Source: Chrysomallon squamiferum (Eukaryota; Animalia; Mollusca). Taken from it: a DNA stretch of 64,000 bases. The stretch lies in the NCBI GenBank assembly GCA_012295275.1, contig CM022665.1, forward strand, positions 34,534,001 through 34,598,000. Reading direction: 5' to 3'. Positions 54,900 to 64,000 of this stretch are shown one piece after another (position 1 is the stretch's first letter; each line of letters opens with the position of its first letter). Made by a program: the position numbers and the translations under genes. A model generated the notes under the pieces. The model made no database searches. It worked only from the letters and a program-made list of their open reading frames with translations, and was not told the DNA's origin.

Positions 54900-55209
54900 A
54901 AGTGAGAGAGAGATTAATTTTGTTTTAAATTTTTTTTTTTTTTCAGAAACATATTACACCATTATATATATATTCATTTTTGGAATTTCTTTTTTAAATT
55001 CAAATAAATGTTAATGCTTCAATAATTACAATTTCTGGCATATATAAATTGTGAAGTAAACAGAAGTAGTAAACAGTATATTATATGACAATAGTTTCAA
55101 ATAAATACTTAGAAATGCAAAAACAAAAAATCACATGCATTAATAATTATTTTTTTCTCTACAGATTCTTCGTAAATTTGGTGGGTCAAAGAGGCATAAA
55201 GAGAGATAG
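40870..55209 (+). CDS. Uncharacterised large E/S/K/R-rich protein with a 10-aa tandem repeat and C-terminal RVxF motif (~1,310-1,330 aa long form; ~1,234 aa from the alternative start at 43224)
   Basis: In-frame GT-AG join 40870-41136 (ATG at 40923), 41941-41987, 44267-44374, 47179-50124, 50397-50564, 51454-51585, 52961-53026, 53663-53806, 54796-54855, 55165-55209 (ILRKFGGSKRHKER*). All junctions from 41987 onward are phase 0. The 5' end is uncertain. No family recognised. Confidence 0.8.
43224..43259 (+). CDS. Candidate alternative first coding exon (MSEEEVLDQPVC) of the 40870-55209 gene
   Basis: ATG plus 11 codons end at a perfect GTAAGT donor in phase 0, compatible with exon 44267. A palindromic CRE (TGACGTCA, 43206-43213) lies just upstream in a small CpG-rich patch. 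Confidence 0.55.
44870..45340. repeat. Two intronic minisatellites (~39-bp TTTCAAAACACTGATTA unit; ~20-bp GATACATCATTTATATATAT unit)
   Basis: Repeated cores are visible at 44870-45060 and 45180-45340. Confidence 0.65.
49129..49818 (+). repeat. Coding tandem repeat, 23 x 30 bp (14 x RDKLEERKSH-type, then 9 x SVRSEERMSE-type)
   Basis: Counted directly from the ORF translation and the nucleotide sequence. Confidence 0.95.
51635..52030 (+). mobile_element. Degraded SINE-like relic
   Basis: tRNA-like head GTGATTCAGTGGTAGAG and core TTGGGCTATTTCCAGTTCTAGCCAGTGC. Loosely similar segments occur at ~21470-21680 and ~28040-28180. Confidence 0.35.
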
Positions 55210-56196
55210 TGAAGACTGAAATAATATTATTTGAATTCATGTCAAACACAAATAGAAAACAGAAACGGAAAATTTGGACAGAAAGGACAAAAGAGCAGGA
55301 CAGTGACAGACATCCAATTTTAAATAAGATAGCCAAGATCCATTCATTAAGTCCTTTTCTGACAACATAACTTCAGTGAGAATCCATGGAGCCCCTTCCC
55401 ACTATTTTTTTTAAATAAATGGAGAATTGGATTTATTTTAAGTAAAGTATGAGTAAATACTTTGAAATTTTTTACCTTTGACTCTGGCTTCTGCAGAACT
55501 TTGAATAAGGACTGTCTTTCTGAATTTTGAAACTTAGTTATTAACTATGAATGGACTTTGAACATAGGCTGTGCTGCATTTCTTAATGCTCTGCTGCTAA
55601 CTGTGTTAGTAGCAACTTCTTGAAACTTATGTGAAAGAAATAACAGACAAATAGTGTGAAAGGATTTTTTCATGTCATGTATATGAATACTAATATATAA
55701 AAAACTTCCACAAAAACCTACACTAATATAGATGACTGTGTTACTGAATTCCAATGAATGACACTGTTTGTCACTCCTTGTTAGTTTAATTTCCACCAAC
55801 TTGAATGTGAACATTAAAATGATAAATGTAACAAAAAACTGTCTCGGGTTAAAATACTGAAGCTATTGTAAATTAATGTTGTATTTTGACATGAATGATT
55901 TTTGACAGATTACAATTTGAATCCAAGCATATAAATAGACAGTGTTTTATAAAAATCCAGACACAAATAAGAACCTTGAAATTTAAGAAGCATAGTATTT
56001 GGTATCACTGGTAGGTTTAGACAATCCTGTGGGAGTTAGTCATTAAAAAAAAAAGAAAAAAAAAGGAATATATAGGTGTGAAATAAAAACAAAATAATTC
56101 CAGTACCTGAATAAAGCTTTTTATGCATGTGGAATGCTAACAATAACACAGAATATGTATTCTGAACCTAAATTAATTCTGGAAATTCTGATCATT

Positions 56197-56450
56197 AAAA
56201 AAATACTTTATTAACATATATTTTATTCATCAGTAGATCATAAAACTGAAATAGACTGATATCATTTTTTTCACATTTTCTTTTTTTTTCTTTGAATTTA
56301 AAATTGAAAATGTGTTATTAAGCTTTCCAATATTCAACAAAAAAAAAACAAAAAAAAATAATTGAAAAGAAAATGTGAAAAAGATGAAATCTGTCTATTT
56401 TAGTTTTATTATCTACTGAAGAACAAAAGTGTATGTTAATGAAGTATTTT
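56197..56450. repeat. Inverted repeat (arms ~56197-56284 and ~56364-56450)
   Basis: AAATACTTTATTAACATA..TCAGTAGATCATAAAACTGAAATAGAC..TTTTTCACATTTTCTTTT pairs with AAAAGAAAATGTGAAAAA..GTCTATTTTAGTTTTATTATCTACTGA..TATGTTAATGAAGTATTT. Confidence 0.85.
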
Positions 56451-58313
56451 TGTATTTGACCTAAGTTAAATATTACAAAATCCATATTTACCTTTATGCA
56501 CTACAAAATCTTCTAGCAATAAAGTAAGTACACTTTGAAATTTTTGCATTAAAAAACATACTTTTTAGCATACTTTCAGTTTATATTCAAGTTGTTGAAA
56601 GATTGAGGAACAGATTAAAAACCATTAAAAACAAGATAGAGTGACAAATAGCATCCTGGGAGAATACATTGTACAGTAAAACAGTAATCATGCCTTGGTC
56701 TGATTGTGAATGCCTTTTTTCAGTTTAATTTTTTAGTGCTTGTTTTTTTTTGTTTTGTTTTTTTAAATAATTTATATAATTTGTCATATCTTTGAATAAT
56801 ACCTCTTAAGTTTTGTGTTTTTTACTATACATATATCAAAATAAAATATGAATCATATATTTCACTGTCATTTGTTATTATATTTTTCTTCTGGTTAGTT
56901 AACAAGATTTTGGTTATGACTTGATCCTTTCAATAGTTATATTTCACTACAGGCCAATCAAGCAATATGAAAAAAAGGTATAGTAAATTTGTTTTTTCAA
57001 ATCCTTTAAAATTTACAGTGAAAAATAGAAATATGACTTATCCACTGGCAGTTACTTGCAAATAAAACCCACAAAAAATAACAAGAATATTTTACATTTG
57101 CCATTTCATAAATTTTAATTAAATATTTGTATGTCAGATGCTAATATTTATTTTAATATTACATTCATTTACATCCAAGTGTAAGTTTAATGCTCCTGAT
57201 TAATTATAAATATGCTGCTGTTGCTGTACTAAGCAAATTCAGTCCAAAAGGCTAATACTATATGAAGCAAAGTTTATTATAGTTAAAATGCATCTTGCAG
57301 TTTTGTTTTTAGCAGTTACTAATAATAGCTGTATTTCTGAATTTAATTCATAAAAACAAACACTTTACTCCAAGTGGACGGATTATTTTATTTACTTTCA
57401 AAAGATTAAAAAGTTTTACATTTTCATAAATAAAATAATAATGGTACTATAGACTTAAGGCTGACTGGTTGATTTTGTGATATCAGTTAATATCAGTTCT
57501 CATTTTACTGATAATTTTATTTTTAAAGTAACCTTACATACAAAAACATTATCCAAGATTACTATTTCCCAAAAATAAACCACATATTGTAATATACGAA
57601 ACAGTCACTCTACTAGAATTGTAATAGATGGAGACCTACATGACCTACATGACAAACCTTCCTAATGTTAGTCTGAACCAGCAAACTGAATGCATGATCT
57701 TGATGATAATATATATATACTGATTAGGATTAAATTGCAACAAAGAAAACCTTTAATAATTAACAGATCTGTAAATAAAAACACGTACACATAAAGATTT
57801 CAACAGAATATTTCATAATCTGAAAAAAGTAAAATCCTGAACTGACACCTATAATAATTCAGGGCATTGTTTTATTAAATACCTATGCCTGAAAATATTT
57901 ATAATCTTTTGTTAAGTGGACAATGCTCAACAATAATGAAATAAAATAAAAAGCATATCAGTACAAATGGTTTTGAGAGTTTATGTACATATTACACTGC
58001 CTGGTTCATTCAGCACACAGACAATTACATTAAATTAACTACAGTAGTGAACACAATACAAACAATATAAATTAAAACATTAAACAACGAACAAATGTGC
58101 AGAAAAATGTCAAAATGTACAATTTATTTTGTGCAGGATTACACAACTAGAAAAGATTAAAACAAAATTCAATGGATCTAATAACTATCTGGTCCAGTAA
58201 AAAACATTACAACTGTTCCATAAATCATGGCCAAAGATGGTCTGTTTCTTTTCAAATTTACTGAAGATTTTATATTTAGGGTTTTCAAAGGAATCTAACC
58301 AGAAATAATGTAT

Positions 58314-61300
58314 TTAGTATTCACAGAAAAAACCACATGGAGGCATATTTCCCTGAGCTATATCAGTCCTTATCTGCCACCGAAGGGAGGATCGTTTCTT
58401 CTCTGTAGGAACCTGGTAATTGTTAGGTACAAATACTTTCTGTGGTTTCTAGAAATAAAAAGTTATGTAACTTGTTTGTCAAATATATAATTTAAAACCA
58501 CACATTAATTAAATTATAGTGATTTTAAATTTGCAACATTTCCTAAACTGTGTGTGAAAAAAAATATACATATCAATATTATGTCTTGATTTAACTCGTA
58601 TTTCTAACAAACAGTATAGTCAAAGTGTATGGCAGTATAAATGTTGGCAGAGTAGTTGAGGTATGAAAGACATACCCAAAATATTACTTATTCTCAGCAT
58701 TTCTAAGGAGTAACTACTGCAGAATCTAGACTTTATTTTCATTGTCTTAATTTTTCAAGATTTCTTTAAATTCATATTGGTGTTAACAATCTCACTGGTA
58801 TGAAGGATTGATATTAATTGAAGTAAGTGTTTTAAAACTGAACTATCAAAGTGTTTATCAAGTTTTGCCATCAATTAATTATGCATTCCAGAGTAAAACA
58901 AAGAAGAAGAAAAAAAAAGGAAAGAGGTGTAGTAATATAATAAAAAGAGGATATAAATGCAAATTTGAGTTATAATTCAATATTTTAATGACTCTACCTT
59001 TTCAAAAGTGTCTTGAGTTAACATTTGTTCCCTAATGTTCCATCTTAAACCTTTGTGATCTTTTTCACCTGGTGCCTTCTGAAGTTGCCACATCTGCTGA
59101 AAGTGTTGAAAACGAGCAACTGGATCAGCTTTCCTAATATTTCGTGTATGTGGATGTTCTGCTGGTCTCAAAATAACTAAAAAAAAATTAAAAAACCAAA
59201 ACCAAAAATAGACATATAATAATCCATAGAGAACATTTTGCAAACAGACATGAAAACCAGTTCAAAATCATCTGTAATATAATAAAATATCTAAAAAGCA
59301 GTAAAATTTAAAATAATTCCGGCAAGTATTTTGCTTATTTAAAAATAAAAATTATAACACTATTTATACACAAACATTATGAATTACAAATTAGCTAAGA
59401 GTTAATTATTGCAATTAAAAGTTTATTTCTGTCACACTGGAATGTAACAAATTTTAAAAAATCTAAACAATTTCACATGAATTAATGTAAAAGAGAAACA
59501 AAAATACTTAAATTCTAGCATAACCATGTAGAAATTATCTTTTCTTTTCCCATGTTCTTATCGCAACACTTTTTATGAATTTTTTTTAAAGATTTATATC
59601 TAATAACTGGGTACAAACCTGAAGATGGCCGTGGATCATCAGGTGACAATCTATAAGGTGCCTGAAAAAACAAATACAACAAAATATATTTCTTAGTTTA
59701 TGGAAAATGAAACAAAATTTTAAACAGTTAATACACTTATGTACAGTGTAAAGTAAACTGGATTTCAGTTAATTCCCTTGATCTACTTCATTTTTAATTT
59801 AAGAAATTAAATTAAAAAGATCATAATTATCAGTGAACAAATTAAAAAATTATGTCAAATTACTTTTAAGATTATAAATTTTATATTTCTGGAATTTTAT
59901 TACTTTGCAAGATTTAATAACTACGGAGAAATAATATATTACTAAGGTTTCCTTTCTTTACTCACTTATTTTCCTGATAACACAAACTGTTTTATATAAG
60001 CTTACTGCAATAAAATTATTTTGAATACTAACAAAATCTTTTGATGATTTTGGTCGTCTGTGTAAAGCTATGTCATCAGAATCTCTCAAACCAAGCCTCT
60101 GAAGGTATTCATTAACATCAGCAACACTTCCTTTATTTGGAAAAATATATAAAAAAATATTAATAGTAATGTACTTATGTATAAATAATTAAATTAGTTT
60201 AAAGGTCGTATTATTTCTTTTTTTCATTAAAATCAGCGATGCCATTTTAATTAAACAAAAGATTTAGCGGATCAAATGCAGTGCAACAAGATGGATTTTT
60301 CAACAATAAATGAATGATTCCTTCAAGAAAACAATATAATAATAATAATAATTTTAAAAATCCAACAAAAAATCAAATATTTCAGTGCATATAAAAAAAT
60401 ATTTCTTTTTGTAAATTTATATTTTATACTTTTAATTTAAATTTGTAAAAACTGTAAAAGTCATTTTATAGTTAATTTTGATATGTTTATATATTCATCA
60501 TTTATGGTACACCGATACATTTGTTTTACACATTTTCAACTTCCTCATTTAAATGTTTTTACCTGCATCACTTTCTGTCATTGATTCATCAATAAATCTG
60601 GAACCTTTGTCATCTTTCCTAAAGAAAACCAAAAAAACAAAACCCCCCAAAAAACCCAAACAGAACATATACATGTCAGTTTGGCAATAAAAAAATAAAT
60701 AAAAGCACTATGATTGTTTAAATTATTTGTTTCTTTATTTTAACCAAAAAGCTTTGTTCTCATCAAAAAAAAAAAAAAATGAAACAGATCATTTATTTAT
60801 TTTGTTTTGGCATTAAATGAATATAGCAACATAATATTATTTATGTCTGTATACATTTAGATAACCTCAGAATTGAAGTAAGAATTAAAATGCCTTGAGA
60901 TGTTGTTATACCATTAACTCTATTCATTTCAGAAAGAATAATCTATTTTCACCTCAAAACTTTTCTTTTCACCATTCTTCTCTCGGATCCAGCCTCAGAC
61001 ACATCATCCTGCAGGTCATGGTCCACTCGTTCTGAAGCCTTGTCATACAAAGAATAGTGACTACCTGTGTAAGTCAGACCCTTTGGTAGAGACATTCCAG
61101 TGTCCATTTTAGCAGCAAAATGATTTTCCGTATCTTTCTTTTCCTATTAATAATTAAAATAAATCTCATGTTACCTCATTTTTAAAATAAATAACAACTC
61201 CAAGCTGTAACGTGAATATACAATTGTCTATCCAAAAGTTACTGATCAATAATTTATAAAGCACTGTAAATAGAACTGGCTGGTTTAGTTTTATGGGTTG

Positions 61301-61619
61301 CCAAGGAAATGTGCTACAATTCATGATTCCTAGTGCTTACTGGGAGCAAATACAGTTGCATAAATGTGCATCAGCTCTAATTTCCTTCTTCAGTTGTAGG
61401 AAACCATATATCAGTTTGAAAGAATGAAAACAAAAGAAAATAAATTAATTTTAAAAATTACAGAACAGTTTTTTAAATGTTTATGCTCACATATCTACCA
61501 TCCCATCCTGTTGAAAACTGATGAGATTCTTTCTGAACTCTTTCCCTGAAAACTGCATCTCTGGCATCTAAATAAGAAACTTTGCATTTTAAATAATCAT
61601 TATCAAAAATATTTTGTTT

Positions 61620-61654
<35 letters not shown>

Positions 61655-63346
61655 GTTTGTACACCTTGGACTGTCAAAATTTCCATAGCCCACAAATCCA
61701 AATTTCCAAAACCATTTCGAAATAAACTCAATCACAACAAAGGGTTTTTTTTGCAGTTTTTTAGACATATTTTGTCAGAGTTAAAACATTTGCCTTGACA
61801 AAGCTGCATGGTATACATGTAGGATTACTAGTAATAACAAAAATTAATGTAATTTATTTTGCCATTTTAAAATGCAGTTTTATTCTTGGCATGGACATGA
61901 CTATGATGATATGTAAGGCAGATTGCCAAGAATACAGAAGTACTGCTTCACAAATTGTGGTCGTGTTCCTTTCTTCTTATTCAGTTAATAAGTACCTTTA
62001 AGGGCAGTTTATATGACTGTGCGATTTATAATATTAATTCTATTTTTAGTTTCAAATAATATATCAGCAACTTCTGTAATTAGGATGTGTTCTTGCATTT
62101 AGAAACTTGAACTGGTTGGAACAGCTGATTGTCATTGCATTAAATCACTAATTATGTATTGTGTCACCATGTACTTGTTGATACCAAAAGTATTGTAATC
62201 AATTACACTGAGAACAAAGCGCTATCACAGAACTCTGCCAATCTGATAGAAGTTTGCAACAAGTATAACCTATTGTTTATACACATTTTTTTACAGCAAG
62301 AACATAATTTTCCACAACTTTTCCATAACTCAAGGTCACAAAACCTGATTTTCCAAAACTTTTAAGGTCATGGAAAATGCTGTGATGAATTCCCAAAACT
62401 TTCCAATTTCTTTCTAAAACATGTATGAATCCTGTGTGTGCGTATATATATATATATTATTTTTTTTTTTTTATCAGAATCGAAATTATGAATTGATTGA
62501 TATAAATACCTCCTGATGCTACTGTTGAATCTTTACGCTCCTCAGATGTGTTAACAGAGGTATCCTTACTACGTTCTCGTTCAATTAATCTCTGTAAATC
62601 TGTAAATTCAATTTAAATAAATTTTCAAAGTATTTGTTAAAATTAGTTTGAAATAACACTCCAACTGCAAAATCAATTAACAAAACACATCATGAATTTT
62701 TTTTTTAAAAATACAGTTACTAATAGCCATGTTCTTAATCCAGTGTTTTTCATTAAAATAATACAAACTGAAACAAGTAACAGTTTGTTCAGCAGAAAGC
62801 AACAATAATTCTTAGAATAATTATATTTAACTATTATATGAAGAAAGGTTTAGTAATATTTAAGTCTAAAGTAAAATTATTTGTCTGGTCTTGTTCATCA
62901 ATAACACTTCCTAAGTCTATAAAACATTTTGTCAGTTAAATATTACATGTTAGGTACAGGGTTATTATTTATCTGGCAAGCTTGGGGCTCAGTATATACT
63001 TAAAATATAAAATAAACAATGTAAAGTAAAGAACAAAATATTTGATACAAATTAATACACTTTGGAAGCCAGTTTTCTGCTAATTCCAATATTCTGGAAG
63101 CAATATAAATAGTCTAGTACGTACATTATTACTGTTAATATTATAGATTATTCTAATTCATGAGAAGGGATACTTAGTCAAACTACCAGTATTGGTAATG
63201 TAAGATCTAAGAAAAATATTTCACAAAAACTTGACTACAGATATACCTCGTTTAAAATCTTTAAGTTTTTCAGGTGCTACATTCTGATATCCCAGTCGTG
63301 CTAATTCTTTTTGTATTTCAGCCTCAGTAAATTCAATTGATTCCAT
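58314..63346 (-). CDS. HYLS1: Hydrolethalus syndrome protein 1 homolog (centriolar/ciliogenesis protein), 322 aa
   Basis: Minus-strand join 63247-63346, 62510-62599, 61491-61567, 60953-61143, 60563-60618, 60033-60130, 59619-59661, 58998-59176, 58314-58448 gives 969 nt, in frame. N-terminal [15 protein letters not shown], central MVKRKVLR, and the C-terminal HYLS1 box [59 protein letters not shown]. Confidence 0.92.
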
Positions 63347-63618
63347 CTGCAAAACATGTAAAAACCAAATATTAAGTCAAACATTTTATTTACATGTAGA
63401 ACATTTACATTATACAAAAATATAACGTTTTAACTTATATTAATCATTTAACAATGTAAGAATTATAATATATTATAGTAACCATAAGCTGACTATATGT
63501 GATATTCAATTTCAGTTGAGGTTTGATGTTGACATGTTAGGACCTGTATCTCTAAATTCAAAATTGAAACAAATTGTATTTGAAATTAATTTTATATTAT
63601 CGCAGCTTATTCACTTAC

Positions 63619-63780
63619 ATCGTAGAAAATGTTTGATTCCTTAATATCAATTTTCACCTTAAAGTCCAATTATATATAACTTTACATTCAAAATAAGACA
63701 TTTGCATGTAAACGTGTATCGCTAAATGTTATGACTCAAAGAGTTTCCGCCATTTTTCGAAAACATAGCAGTAAACAAGA
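63619..63780 (-). promoter_or_regulatory. HYLS1 5'UTR exon and promoter with a YY1-like motif
   Basis: Minus-strand GTAAGT donor at 63613-63618 and AAAATGGCGG at ~63747-63756. CpGs reappear locally. The HYLS1 ATG is directly preceded by a CAG acceptor. Confidence 0.55.
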
Positions 63781-64000
63781 CTATAATGAATAGACCAAAA
63801 TCCATTTTATATGGACTTACTTAAAGCAATGTCTATTTTAAAAAATGTATAGTTTCCTCCGTTATGAAATTGAAAAAGGAATGTTTTAGTCAGTGCTTTT
63901 GTTAATGATATAAAGATATTTATGTATATATATCAACAGAATCAAAACAAGGACAAAATAAATGACAAACACATAATTACAATGTACTATTCAGTTTCGA

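Overview
This is eukaryotic, very AT-rich, microsatellite-laden invertebrate DNA. A mollusc or gastropod origin is my impression from the repeat landscape and is not proven. I could assemble five spliced genes by hand. (1) Minus strand, running off the left edge: a secreted, very basic protein made of a signal peptide and at least 8 tandem pleiotrophin/midkine (PTN/MK) C-terminal-like 4-Cys modules, one per symmetric phase-1 exon, in two subtypes. (2) Plus strand, head-to-head with gene 1: a 648-aa single-domain soluble ACE-like M2 zinc peptidase. Its catalytic residues are intact, the ligands of both chloride sites appear substituted, and it probably has one GC-AG intron. (3) An ~806-aa charged orphan protein with three micro-exons and one 2.35-kb exon. 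(4) An ~1,200-1,330-aa charged orphan protein with a 2.9-kb exon, a 23 x 30-bp coding repeat, an RVxF motif and two candidate first exons. (5) HYLS1 on the minus strand with 9 coding exons. The window also holds two Tigger-type elements, a Tc1/mariner element, hAT-type MITEs, a decayed Chapaev3-like transposase, SINE-like relics and two long inverted repeats. The best candidate for an undescribed system is the multi-module PTN/MK-like secreted protein and its divergent partner, the atypical ACE. All gene models are manual and need RNA-seq confirmation.
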